Positions 17,581-27,702 of a stretch of DNA of 64,000 nucleotides are shown here, piece after piece. The stretch covers positions 96,001-160,000 of the forward strand of contig CAVWHO010000014.1 in the NCBI GenBank assembly GCA_963754875.1, written 5' to 3'. The notes below the pieces were generated by a model. The model had not been told where the DNA came from, searched no databases, and saw nothing but the letters and a program-made list of their open reading frames with translations. The DNA comes from Nitrospirota bacterium. GTDB lineage: Bacteria > Nitrospirota > UBA9217. The position numbers and the translations under genes were made by a program. Every line of letters starts with the position of its first letter. The first letter of the stretch is position 1.

Positions 17581-20550
17581 ATGTGGCGCGCTGTAAATAA
17601 TCTCCCCATCTCGATAAAACTGCTTCTGACATCATTTGTCTTCATTTTTATTGTCGTCTGCCTGGCAGTGGCCGCTTTCTCCGGACTTACCCGCCAAAAG
17701 GAAATAACCGAAGAACTCTATTCCATTCAATACCGGGACCTGCAACGCAGCGCAGGGATAACGGGGCTGATTGCGAAAACTCATGCGGACATCTCGCGCG
17801 TGCTACGCAGCTACGGGAAGACAGCACAGGCGGACAGAGCGAACGTGCTGGACAAGCATGAGACCGCGCTGCAGTCCGTCATTCAATCACTGCAGGAAGC
17901 GGCTGACTCCGGTCGCCTGAGTGCAGAGTCACAGAAGACGTACCGTAACGTTATCCCCGAAATACAACAATACCTGCAGTTGATCGAGCGCGTTCGTGAC
18001 GCCGGGAAAGCCGATGCGGTTTTTGTCCGGCAGGTCCCGGCCATGGCTGATGAGCGTTTTGAGGCGATCATGGGCCTGTTGCAATCGCTCAATGATGCGG
18101 GTGACAGGGCCGGCGCAAAAACGTATGAACGATCCCTGGTTGCTTATCGATCAAGGCTTACAACGCTCGGCGTACTGCTTGCCGCAGCCGTTTGCCTCAT
18201 CGTCATCAATTTATTCATCGTACGGAGATCGATAATCACGCCGATCAAATCAATCGAGCAGGCGGCCAGGAAAGTGTCGCAGGGCGACCTGGCGTTCGAC
18301 GTGACGGCAGAAAGCGGGGACGAGATCGGTCGGGCCGGGAAGCTCTTGAAGGAATCTTTTACCGCCATGGAGGGGGTGCTCCTGCGGATCAAGGAGCTGT
18401 CGGACAGAATACGCTCGGTCGTCGTCGAGGTTGAAAAGACGACGGAAAAAGTTCTTGCCGGGTCACAAACGGAAGCGGAAGCAACAAGCTCCATATCGAG
18501 CGCTGTCGCGGAACTGAACTCCACCGTCGACGAGATTGCCGGCAACACGGAAGGCCTCGTGTCCGCATCGGAATCCGTTTCCTCTTCGATCGATCAGATG
18601 GCTGCCAGTATCAAGAGGATCAACGCCAGCATCCAGGACCTGGACGGGCTGGCATCGTCGACGACCGCCTCGATCGAACATCTCTCGAATGCCATCCGCA
18701 CCGTGGCCCGCAATTCCGAAGATCTGGAGGGCGCGTCGGAGGAGACCAGCGCGGCAATCGTCCAGATCGCGGCAACGGTGCGAAAGGTCGAGACCCATGC
18801 CAAAGAGTCGGCAGACCTTTCGGAACAGGTGACCACCGAGGCGGCCACGATCGGGCTCGATGCGATCCTGAAGACGATCGAGGGCATGAAGGAGATAGCC
18901 CTGTCGGTCAACGATTCCGCTGCGGCCATCCAAGCTCTGGGAAAGAGATCGCAAGAAATAGAGATGATCGTCGGCGTCATCGAATCGGTCAACGAGGAAA
19001 CGAACCTGCTGTCCCTGAACGCGTCAATCCTTGCGGCGCAGGCAGGCGAGCACGGCAAAGGGTTCGCAGTCGTGGCCAAAAAGATCAAAGACCTCTCGGA
19101 CAAGACGGAGCGTTCGACGCGGGAGATCGCATCACTCATCCAAACGGTCCAGCAGGAAATGAACGATGCGGGAAAACTGGTAAAGCAGGGCATCCCAGTC
19201 GTTGAAGAAGGCACGCGGCTCGCGCAGGCCGGGGAAGATGCGCTCAGGAGGGTCCTGGATAGCTCGAAGCGGGCCTCGGAGATGACCCTCTCCATACGCA
19301 GGGCCACCGAAGAGCAGGTAAAATCAACGGTCCTTGTAGAAGAAGCCGCCCGGAGCGTGAAGAAAAAGGTCGGCGATATCGCCAAGGCCACGGCCGACCA
19401 ATCGCGCGAGGTCGCCCTCATCGCTCAGGCAGCAGAAAGTATGAAATCACTCGCAGACCAGGTGAGCAAAGCAACGGGAGAGCAGGCAACGAGCAGCGGG
19501 CAGATTGCGCAAAACACCCAGCTTGTTTTCGAAAGAAGCCACCAGATTTCACGGTCCCTCAGCGAACACCGGAACGGGTCGCGAAGTATTCAAAAAAGCA
19601 TTGAGGCCGTCCAGAATGTTCCCCTCGCAAACCAGGACCTTGCCTTCAGGATCAGCAAAACGCTCTGGAACCTTCAGAAAGACGTGGAACTTCTCGGGGC
19701 AGAAATGGAGCGGTTCTCGTTGGACGATACGCGGGGCTTCTCGCTCCGTTTCGGAGTCGTTCCTCTCAAAGAACCTTCGGAGATGTTCAGAAAATTCAAA
19801 CCGCTCTCGGACCACCTGGCCGCAGAACTTGGCAGACGGGTTGATCTGAAAGTCGCGATCGACATGGAAAGCGCCGTCAAGGACCTGGGCGACAACGTAA
19901 CGCAAATCTGCGCCATGGGCCCGGCAAACTACGTTGAAGCGCACAGGAAATACGGTGTCGTCGTCATCGCGAAAGCACTCCGGAGGGGGAAACCATTTCA
20001 CCGCGTGGCCATCGTGGTGCGGAAAAATTCTCCTATTCAGTCCGTAACGGACTTGCGGGGAAAACGCTTTGCCTTCGGCAACATCGGATCAGCAACCGGC
20101 CATGTTATTCCGCTCGGGATGCTGAAGAACGCCGGCATGACGACCGCCGACCTCGGCCATTGCGAATTCATCGGGCATCATGACCGGCAGATAAAAGCCG
20201 TGCTCGACGGGGACTTCGATGCCGCCGGACTCATCGATGAAGCAGCGCAGAAGCACCTGTCCGATGGCTTGCGGGTACTCACGCTTTCCATTGAGATACC
20301 GGAGTTCAATATATGCTGCAATCCTTCGGTTGACGGCGAAACGCGGGACCATCTCAGGACAATCCTGACGTCCCTTACTGCGGCGAACGAAAAAGACGTG
20401 CAGATCCTTCAGGCGCTCGGGAAAGACTGTACGGGTTTCCTTCCCGCTTCTGAAAAGGATTATACCGAATTCAGAGACGAAATCGATAGTGTCGCGAACC
20501 TCGTTGCGGAAGAGGTCCAAAACCGGCCCGTTCAGCCGGGGCGGCGCTGA
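17581..20550 (+). CDS. Methyl-accepting chemotaxis protein fused to a C-terminal PhnD-like substrate-binding domain
   Basis: 2 TM + HAMP; TNLLSLNASILAAQAGEHGKGFAVVA; C-terminal LRFGVVP..., LRGKRFAFG..SATGH. Confidence 0.9.
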   Translation: MWRAVNNLPISIKLLLTSFVFIFIVVCLAVAAFSGLTRQKEITEELYSIQYRDLQRSAGITGLIAKTHADISRVLRSYGKTAQADRANVLDKHETALQSVIQSLQEAADSGRLSAESQKTYRNVIPEIQQYLQLIERVRDAGKADAVFVRQVPAMADERFEAIMGLLQSLNDAGDRAGAKTYERSLVAYRSRLTTLGVLLAAAVCLIVINLFIVRRSIITPIKSIEQAARKVSQGDLAFDVTAESGDEIGRAGKLLKESFTAMEGVLLRIKELSDRIRSVVVEVEKTTEKVLAGSQTEAEATSSISSAVAELNSTVDEIAGNTEGLVSASESVSSSIDQMAASIKRINASIQDLDGLASSTTASIEHLSNAIRTVARNSEDLEGASEETSAAIVQIAATVRKVETHAKESADLSEQVTTEAATIGLDAILKTIEGMKEIALSVNDSAAAIQALGKRSQEIEMIVGVIESVNEETNLLSLNASILAAQAGEHGKGFAVVAKKIKDLSDKTERSTREIASLIQTVQQEMNDAGKLVKQGIPVVEEGTRLAQAGEDALRRVLDSSKRASEMTLSIRRATEEQVKSTVLVEEAARSVKKKVGDIAKATADQSREVALIAQAAESMKSLADQVSKATGEQATSSGQIAQNTQLVFERSHQISRSLSEHRNGSRSIQKSIEAVQNVPLANQDLAFRISKTLWNLQKDVELLGAEMERFSLDDTRGFSLRFGVVPLKEPSEMFRKFKPLSDHLAAELGRRVDLKVAIDMESAVKDLGDNVTQICAMGPANYVEAHRKYGVVVIAKALRRGKPFHRVAIVVRKNSPIQSVTDLRGKRFAFGNIGSATGHVIPLGMLKNAGMTTADLGHCEFIGHHDRQIKAVLDGDFDAAGLIDEAAQKHLSDGLRVLTLSIEIPEFNICCNPSVDGETRDHLRTILTSLTAANEKDVQILQALGKDCTGFLPASEKDYTEFRDEIDSVANLVAEEVQNRPVQPGRR

Positions 20551-20733
20551 TTCTGCGACAACTTTACCGGACAGGCAGTCCACAGTCGTTCTGACCGGCG
20601 CATGTGGGAAAGAAAACATAAATCAGCGATAAAATAGTTTTTGGCAGTGTTCTCCGGACGACGAATGATGAACCCCGCGACTTGCAATCCCCCGGCTCCT
20701 GCCGAGGGGGCTCCACTATAAAAAGGAGAGGCC

Positions 20734-21231
20734 ATGAGCGAAGACCAGAAGAAACAGTCAGACGAATGGATTGTTTACGAGAAGACCGAGAAAGGCGTCG
20801 AGGAGATCCAGACAAGAAAAAACAACCTGCCGCAGAAGTTTCGCACGCTTCTCATAGTTGTCGACGGGAAGAAAACACGAGGAAACATTCTCAACCAGTT
20901 CTCGACCCTGGAAGGGGCGGTCGCGGTGCTGGATGAACTGGAGCAAAAAGGTTTCATAATGAAAAAAGCCGACGTTCTCGCCCCCGGCGTATTCACGGCA
21001 GAAGAAGAAAAGAAACGGACACAATTGGCAAAAGCCTTCATGATAAACACTCTCAATGATGCAGTAGGATCGATGGGCCTGTCGCTGATAGAATCACTGA
21101 GGGCGTGCGAAACGCTCGAGGAGCTTAAGGGCCACTTCGAAAACTACCTCTACGCAATAAAGAGCGGAAGGGGGAAAACGACGGCTGACGAATACAAGGA
21201 AGAATTGCAAAAATACTTCAACGGCGATTGA
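20734..21231 (+). CDS. Conserved hypothetical protein
   Basis: SD aaggagagg; KTEKGxEEIxxR..LP..RTLLIVVDG pattern. Confidence 0.8.
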   Translation: MSEDQKKQSDEWIVYEKTEKGVEEIQTRKNNLPQKFRTLLIVVDGKKTRGNILNQFSTLEGAVAVLDELEQKGFIMKKADVLAPGVFTAEEEKKRTQLAKAFMINTLNDAVGSMGLSLIESLRACETLEELKGHFENYLYAIKSGRGKTTADEYKEELQKYFNGD

Positions 21232-21250
21232 TCAAAGAACGGATTGCAAC

Positions 21251-21271
21251 GATTTTGAAATTTTCAAAATC
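21251..21271. promoter_or_regulatory. Perfect AT-rich palindrome (operator or hairpin)
   Basis: gattttgaaa-t-tttcaaaatc. Confidence 0.35.
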
Positions 21272-21742
21272 ACTAATCACCTTCCTGCTGCAGAACTGGG
21301 ACCGTCCCTGGTCGAGGAGCGCTCTCGAATCGAAAGCAGCGCGCGGGCTTTTACGCCAACCGCGAGAACCGACAGCGCATTCCCGACCTCTGCATTGAGA
21401 GAAACAGGTTCCTGCCAAAGCGTCCTTTTCCCGCTCGTTCTTTCCAGTTTTCTTCCCAGCTATCCAGAGCTCGCAGTGAGCAACTTACCGGGGCTGGTCG
21501 TTTCGATCGGTCCAGTGTCCTCGCCGCACGTCCAAGGGCCTCTCCCCGATAAAGCGGCGGAAACCGCCCATACCCTAAAAATACCCCATCGAGATTCTTG
21601 CTATTTGTCAATCCGTCCTGTACAGTAATTACCGAGTTTAGGACCATCGGGTCTACGGGCCGGTTGAATTTTAATTTTGGCGGTGCTGTATTGCCGCGTT
21701 GATTCCCCGGCTTTCGGGTCTTTTGCGCAGGGGAGGTTTTCC

Positions 21743-22459
21743 ATGAACAGACAGAAACATTCACTTCTGGTTGTTGAAAGCAGCGCCACGTATTTGTTCT
21801 ATATGTCGATGATGCTCAAAAAACTCGAATATACCGTACGGACCGCCACGACAGCTAAACTTGCCCTGCAAGCGATGAATGACTCACTGCCCGCACTTAT
21901 CATGATCGATACATCACTTGACGACATGAGCGGAGTGTCCCTGCTTGAAAAAATAAAAAAGGACCGGCGGCTGAAGACCATTCCCGTTATCATGCATACC
22001 TCAGACAGCGACCGGGCGGTCCAGGATAAATGCGTGGCACTCGGGTGCGTGGCTTATTTTAAAAAACCCGTTGAGCCGGACGAGCTGTACCGGGCCATCC
22101 AGTCAGCAACCGAAGCCACGCCGCGCCGGACCATCCGGATCGAAGCGTCCCTCAAGGTCGAGATAGGCGACGGTCCTTCCGCCGGCAGGAGCGTCCGGAC
22201 GGAAACCGTGACCTCCCTGTCCGAGAACGGCTTATACATAAAGACACTGACCCCTGAAGCAGTGAATACCAGAGTGCCTCTGAAGATATTCTTTACCAAC
22301 AGACAGGTCAATGTGAAAGCTGAAGTTCATTACAGCTCGGTGAAAATCGGCGGGCAACACAAACAACCGGGAATGGGTATGCAGTTCGTCAGCATCAGCC
22401 CGGAAGACAAGGCCTTTATCAGGGAATTCATCAAGGAACAGATCGCGAAGGGGTTATAA
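21743..22459 (+). CDS. Response regulator receiver + PilZ domain protein
   Basis: REC (IMID, KKPV); PilZ RRTIR, SLSENG, GMGMQF. Confidence 0.88.
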   Translation: MNRQKHSLLVVESSATYLFYMSMMLKKLEYTVRTATTAKLALQAMNDSLPALIMIDTSLDDMSGVSLLEKIKKDRRLKTIPVIMHTSDSDRAVQDKCVALGCVAYFKKPVEPDELYRAIQSATEATPRRTIRIEASLKVEIGDGPSAGRSVRTETVTSLSENGLYIKTLTPEAVNTRVPLKIFFTNRQVNVKAEVHYSSVKIGGQHKQPGMGMQFVSISPEDKAFIREFIKEQIAKGL

Positions 22460-22673
22460 CGAGGAAATTATTTTGTTGTGGTCAGCTTGAAATTTCGAAT
22501 CCTCAAACTGTATTAGGCAGCGGTTAATACCATGTTCCAATACCGGCAGCCGTATCTTTTGTGAGTGTTTGCATTACAGACGCATATCTTTTCTGAATGT
22601 CGGACAGTATGACGCGCCTTCCCCTATCCCCCAGTTTCGTTTGGACGACATTCTGCCGCCTGCTTTCATATTA

Positions 22674-24692
22674 TCACAGGGTCTTCGTAACCTCGTTTGA
22701 ATAGTCACTTTCCAGTCCTGAGGCATCTACGTCGGTCACAACAAAGAAATACGTCCCTGCGGGGAGACTTAATGTTTGCGTTATGGTCGTGGTCCCGGGA
22801 TTGCTAACATTCACGACCTGTGTATAGGTGTTACTTGCGGTTCCATAATATATCTTATACATTGATACGTCCGTTGAGGGATTCAGGGGTGACCCGTCTG
22901 TCATTGTCGTTGGCGCATCCCAGCTTAACGTTACGGCACTGCCTCCCGTCACGGTAAGCGCGGCAGTCCCCGAAACGCTACCCGATACACTCGTAATCGT
23001 GGTCGTCCCGACGCCGACTGCGGTGGCTGATCCGTTGGATCCGGCAACGTTGCTGATTGTTGCTATACTTGTGTCGGCGGACATCCAGGTCACTAACGAA
23101 GTCATGTCCTGCGTTGTGTTGTCGGAGAATGAGCCCGTCGCCGTGAACATTAGCGTGGCGCCGTTTGCAATAGAAGGGCTGCCGGGAGTCACGGCGATGG
23201 ATACAAGCGTTGCCGCAGTGATCGTCAGCGTCGTAGATTTTGAAATATTCCCCAAAGCGGCCGTGATCGTTGTCGATCCGGCAGCTATAGGAGTCACCAC
23301 GCCATTGGCGCCCGCAGCATTGCTGATCGTGGCTATACCCGTTGACGAAGAACTCCACGTCACCATTATTGTCAGGTCCTGCGTCGAATTGTCGGAGTAA
23401 GTCCCCGTAGCGATGAAGTGCTGCACAGTTCCCAATGCAATGCCGGGATTTGTCGGCGTGATTGACAGGGACACGAGCGTCGCGGGAGTAACGGTCAGTG
23501 CCGTAGATCCCGAAACACTCCCCATCGATGCCGAGATCGTTGTCGAACCGGCAGCTGTTGACGCCGCCACACCATTGGAGCCTGCGGCATTGCTGATAGT
23601 TGCAGCAGCCGTTGTCGATGACGTCCAGGTCACGGCTGCTGTCAGGTCCTGCGTCGAATTGTCGGAGTAAGTCCCCGTAGCAATGAAGCGCTGCACAGTT
23701 CCCAATGCAATGCTCGGATTTGTCGGTGTGACCGCAAGGGACACGAGCGTCGCGGGAGTAACGGTCAGTGCCGTAGACCCCGAAACACTTCCCAGCGCTG
23801 CCGCGATCGTTGTCGGGCCGGCAGCCGCTGAAGTCGCCACACCATTGGAGCCCGCGGCATTGCTGATAGTTGCAGCAGCCGTTGTCGATGACGTCCAGGT
23901 CACGGCTGCTGTCAAGTCCTGCGTCGAATTGTCGGAGTAAGTCCCCGTAGCGATGAAGCGCTGCACAGTTCCCAATGCAATGCTCGGATTTGTCGGCGTG
24001 ACCGCAAGGGACACGAGCGTCGCGGGAGTAACGTTCAGCGTCGTAGATCCCGAAACACTTCCCATTGCGGCCGTGATAGTCGCTGATCCTGATGCCACTG
24101 AGGCGGCCGATCCATTGGAGCCTGCCGTATTGCTGATGGTTGCAGCGGCCGCTGACGATGAAGTCCAGGTCGCGGCTGCTGTCAAGTCCTGAGTTGTGTT
24201 GTCCGAAAATGTCCCCGTGGCGGTAAATTGCTGGCTCGTTCCCACTGCGATGTTCGGATTCGTCGGTGTAACTGCCAGGGACACGAGTGTTGCCGGGGTA
24301 ACCCGCAGTGTGATCCATGCCGATATGGCGCCCATGATCACTTCAATGTTTGTACTGCCGACGCCTTTGGCGATTACGGTAATATGCCCGGGAGCCTTGA
24401 CCGCTGCTGCAGTCATGCCGGCGGGGCTGATCGTGGCCACGTTCGTATCAGTTGAAAGCCATGTCGCTGATGTTGTCAGGTCTTGTGTCGTGTTATCAGA
24501 GTATGTGCCGACAGCAGTGAACTGTTGGGTCGTGCCTGTTGCTATTATTGAATTAGTCGGTGTTATAGAAACGGACACGAGATGAGCCTGTTTGCTGCTT
24601 GTGGGGGTTGAGATACTATTTACGCCGCATCCGGCGAGATTTGCAATAAACAATGATACCAAAAGAACGGGATATATCTTCCTGATTGACAT
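22674..24692 (-). CDS. Surface lipoprotein with six Ig-like (Big_2) repeats and a C-terminal FN3-like domain
   Basis: Lipobox LAGC; repeats LVSLAVTPTNPSIALG..FxATGTYSDNSTQDLT..W; VTLSWDAPTT..YKIYYG..ESDYSNE; SD gaggt before ATG 24692. Confidence 0.9.
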   Translation of the reverse strand: MSIRKIYPVLLVSLFIANLAGCGVNSISTPTSSKQAHLVSVSITPTNSIIATGTTQQFTAVGTYSDNTTQDLTTSATWLSTDTNVATISPAGMTAAAVKAPGHITVIAKGVGSTNIEVIMGAISAWITLRVTPATLVSLAVTPTNPNIAVGTSQQFTATGTFSDNTTQDLTAAATWTSSSAAAATISNTAGSNGSAASVASGSATITAAMGSVSGSTTLNVTPATLVSLAVTPTNPSIALGTVQRFIATGTYSDNSTQDLTAAVTWTSSTTAAATISNAAGSNGVATSAAAGPTTIAAALGSVSGSTALTVTPATLVSLAVTPTNPSIALGTVQRFIATGTYSDNSTQDLTAAVTWTSSTTAAATISNAAGSNGVAASTAAGSTTISASMGSVSGSTALTVTPATLVSLSITPTNPGIALGTVQHFIATGTYSDNSTQDLTIMVTWSSSSTGIATISNAAGANGVVTPIAAGSTTITAALGNISKSTTLTITAATLVSIAVTPGSPSIANGATLMFTATGSFSDNTTQDMTSLVTWMSADTSIATISNVAGSNGSATAVGVGTTTITSVSGSVSGTAALTVTGGSAVTLSWDAPTTMTDGSPLNPSTDVSMYKIYYGTASNTYTQVVNVSNPGTTTITQTLSLPAGTYFFVVTDVDASGLESDYSNEVTKTL
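23371..24300 (-). repeat. 270-bp tandem intragenic repeats
   Basis: gtca[ag]gtcctgcgtcgaattgtcggagtaa recurs at 23371, 23641 and 23911, with a variant at 24181. Confidence 0.92.
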
Positions 24693-24748
24693 TGAGATGA
24701 ACCTCGCTTTCTTCGACGTCATATTACCGAGGGGTCAACCAGATTGTC

Positions 24749-24764
24749 TGTGATTGCGGTTACA
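24749..24764. promoter_or_regulatory. CRP-like binding site
   Basis: TGTGA-ttgcgg-TTACA (9/10 match to TGTGA-N6-TCACA) upstream of the adhesin gene. Confidence 0.45.
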
Positions 24765-25171
24765 CTATCTAGTGCCAGTTATCGTGCTGGTTTCCGACTT
24801 TTAATTCCGGCTTTGGATCAATAATTTTTGGACAGAGTTAGTTGCTCTTCGAGCGGAGGACTAAAAAAAATGTGATTTCCAGCGACACGTTTGTCTGGTT
24901 TTTTTGCGAACCGGAAAACAGCCGAATTGTTTCGCTTCGAAAGTGATATCAATCGGAGCTCACGGTCATTTTTGTCCTGCTTAATCGCCGGTGGGAAACG
25001 ATCGCGACATCATCTGGAAAGGCATTGGGCAGATCATCGTTGAAAGGATGATACCGTTGTGGATGATAAAGCGTGGGTGGGGTGGAAGGGGTTGATGATG
25101 ACAGGGCTGCCAGCTAGGTCCATGCATGAAGGAGACGGCCTTGCGGTCCTGAGGGAAGCACGTCTGAACGG

Positions 25172-25885
25172 TTAAAATTGGATCGATTCGAACTCGGGGC
25201 GGAGGAGGATATTTCTGTCCGCCTGGACTTTTATCAGCCCTTCCTTTCGCCATTTATCGAGGATCCGCGTTACGGTCTCGCGGGTAAGGCCGGTCATGTC
25301 GGCAATGTTCTGATGGATGAGGCGGATATTCAGGACCGTCCCCGCCGCCGTTTTCCCCCCGTAGGATTCTGCAAGCAGGAGAAACAACATTTTTACCCGC
25401 TGTGCTGCGTTGCTGAAGTTTAAGAGCTGTATTTTCTTCATTGATTCTCGGAGCCGCGAACAGAGGATCTGAAGCAGGTTCTTCAGGATTTTGTCTTGGC
25501 TGAGCAACAAAGAGTAAAAATCCTTTTTTGATATGATTGCAGTCACCGAATTTTTCGTTGCAAATACGGCAGCAGGTGCGGTCTTGCCGTCTATCAGAGA
25601 AAGCTCGCCGAAGAAATCGCCCGATTGATGTACCGTAATGATTATGTCTTTTCCCGCGTCCGTTGTCTGGACCACCTTCGCCTCTCCCTCAAGGATGATG
25701 TACATAAAATCATTGCTGTTCTCTTCATGGAGGATCACTTCATTTTTGGAGAAGCTGCGAATGACGACGTTCTTCCGTATCCGATGCAGTTCTTCGGGAG
25801 TCAATGAAAAAAACAGCGGGGTCTGTTGCAGCGACTCGATTCCATATTTTTTATTCACTTTTTTGCTTCGTTCCGCCTGCAGCAT
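25172..25885 (-). CDS. Crp/Fnr family transcriptional regulator
   Basis: GDFFGELSL cNMP-binding fold; HTH IADMTGLTRETVTR; SD gaggag. Confidence 0.93.
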   Translation of the reverse strand: MLQAERSKKVNKKYGIESLQQTPLFFSLTPEELHRIRKNVVIRSFSKNEVILHEENSNDFMYIILEGEAKVVQTTDAGKDIIITVHQSGDFFGELSLIDGKTAPAAVFATKNSVTAIISKKDFYSLLLSQDKILKNLLQILCSRLRESMKKIQLLNFSNAAQRVKMLFLLLAESYGGKTAAGTVLNIRLIHQNIADMTGLTRETVTRILDKWRKEGLIKVQADRNILLRPEFESIQF

Positions 25886-26045
25886 GGCTGGCTCCTCTGT
25901 GGTCCCGATAGGAATTGACAATATCAACCCAAGTACATATATTTTATCATACGTTGCCGTCACTGGCGAGTCGAATCTGTTGAATGCATTTCTCGGTCCG
26001 AAAACCGCGCCAGGGTGTTCACTTTTTGTCGCAAGGAGCTTCGCC

Positions 26046-26271
26046 ACGATCGTATCAGACCTCAACCCATTGACCGCCAGATTACGAAGACGCCATCTCT
26101 GCAGAAGGCGCTCGAGTTTTTGCGTTTACGCGGAATCCAAGACCTTCCCGACGGAAGGGTGGAGATCGACGGCCAAAAAGTGTATGCAATCGCGCGGCGA
26201 TATGAGACGACGGACACCGGCCCCCCGAAGTTCGAATACCACAAAAAGTACATCGACATCCAGTTCATTGC
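26046..26271 (+). pseudogene. YhcH/YjgK/YiaL-family pseudogene
   Basis: SD aaggag, then ACG in place of ATG, IVSDLN, a 1-nt frameshift, then IDRQ..ALEFL..GRVEIDG..FEYHKKYIDIQF; similarity lost after that. Confidence 0.75.
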
Positions 26272-26407
26272 AACGAAAAGAGTGCCGGTTCACCATGCCG
26301 AATATAAACTGCCGATTTAAGTCGAAAGAAAACCTGCCCTTACTTCACCCGATCCTTTTTATCCTGAATCCTCCCGGCCTGTCGGCTGTTATGCTACAAT
26401 ATTATCT

Positions 26408-26977
26408 ATGAAGGACAGCCACGAGAAAAAGAAATCCGCAAGCGGCGCAGAGCCGGCACCCGAAGGTCAGACCAAGGACATAACGCCGGCGCTTTATCTG
26501 CGCGCAGCAAAGGCCCACCTCAAAAACGGCAAGCAAAAAGATGCATTTGTTCTTCTGCAGCAAGCCGCTGTGCATTATCCCGACGAGCCCATGATCCTTT
26601 CCTATTTCGGATGTCTCCAGGCCCTCGTGGGGAAAAAATACCGGAGCGGCATAGAAACGTGCATGCGGGCCATTGCCCTTTTAAAAGACAGGGAAGAAGA
26701 CGAAAAAGAGAAGCTCTACGCACTCTTCTATCTCAATCTGGGAAGGGCATATCTCGCAGCAGGAAAGAAACAGGACGCGATCACGGCGTTTACCACAGGG
26801 ATCAAGTATAATAGCAGCAATGGCGACCTGCTCAAGGAATTGCGCTCGATCGGAAAACGGAAACAACCTCCCGTATCGTTTCTCGGACGGTCTAACCCGA
26901 TCAATAAATATATCGGCATGATTTTGCATACAAGCAGTAAAGAGCCTGAAAAAATGCGGGGCAGGGGGCAACGCTAA
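26408..26977 (+). CDS. TPR-repeat protein
   Basis: FYLNLGRAYLAAGKKQDAI; FLGRSNPINKYIG; extended -10 TGcTACAAT 7 nt upstream. Confidence 0.85.
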   Translation: MKDSHEKKKSASGAEPAPEGQTKDITPALYLRAAKAHLKNGKQKDAFVLLQQAAVHYPDEPMILSYFGCLQALVGKKYRSGIETCMRAIALLKDREEDEKEKLYALFYLNLGRAYLAAGKKQDAITAFTTGIKYNSSNGDLLKELRSIGKRKQPPVSFLGRSNPINKYIGMILHTSSKEPEKMRGRGQR

Positions 26978-27006
26978 GTTCAGAGAATAGTGCATCGCGT
27001 TCATCG

Positions 27007-27041
27007 AAAAAAAGCCGGCGAAGTTATTCGCCGGCTTTTTT
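27007..27041. terminator. Bidirectional intrinsic terminator
   Basis: aaaaaaagccggcgaa-gtta-ttcgccggctttttt between convergent genes. Confidence 0.9.
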
Positions 27042-27068
27042 GTCATGCAACGGGGCGGAGAAGTTCTC

Positions 27069-27386
27069 CTAGCCGCCGACATACCCTCCGGAAAAATCGA
27101 TATCCGGGAATTTTCCCAGAGACTCAACCTGAACGTCGCTCTCAATGTCCATACCGGTTCCTTTCCAGTCGAAGGGAGAGGCCTTCATCACGAGTTGGAG
27201 CTTCCAGTCGATCATATCGGCAAGCTCGCACAGGTGAACATCATATCTCCTGAACTCCTCGCTCTCTGCCCCATAGGTCTTTTTGGCCTCCTCCCGGATG
27301 ATGTGGATGCCCTCCTTCATTTCCGATAACTCGCGGGTTACGGTATCGAAAAACGAGTTGATTTTTATGTTCTTTACAGTTGCCAT
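27069..27386 (-). CDS. Hypothetical protein ending in FSGGYVGG
   Basis: Strong SD aaggaggt before ATG 27386; 105 aa. Confidence 0.8.
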   Translation of the reverse strand: MATVKNIKINSFFDTVTRELSEMKEGIHIIREEAKKTYGAESEEFRRYDVHLCELADMIDWKLQLVMKASPFDWKGTGMDIESDVQVESLGKFPDIDFSGGYVGG

Positions 27387-27556
27387 TGCTACCTCCTTCT
27401 TAAACCACGTTATCTCACTGCTGATGTACTTCGCTTTCACCGTTCCTGCAGATTCAGGCGGCAAGCAGAAGCATACGCCTTTTTCTTTCTGTTTAAAGTA
27501 TAACACCGGAACCTGCATTGCGGGGGAAAAAACAGGAGTAAACCGGTGTTTGTTGT

Positions 27557-27575
27557 CCCTCCCCCCGGGGGAGGG
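27557..27575. repeat. REP-like GC palindrome
   Basis: ccctccccc-c-gggggaggg. Confidence 0.4.
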
Positions 27576-27702
27576 GAAATAATTTCCGGCACCCTCCCGG
27601 CCCGTTCCGCTAAATTCGACTTGACTCCCTTGCCTCCTTTGCGTAATATCAACGCCGTCCGGTCCTTTTTAACCGGTTATGACCGTTCAGAAGGAGTCCC
27701 TT

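Noticed and set aside
25915..25927. FNR-like box TTGAC-AAT-ATCAA upstream of the Crp/Fnr gene
   Set aside because: The spacer is 3 nt rather than the required 4
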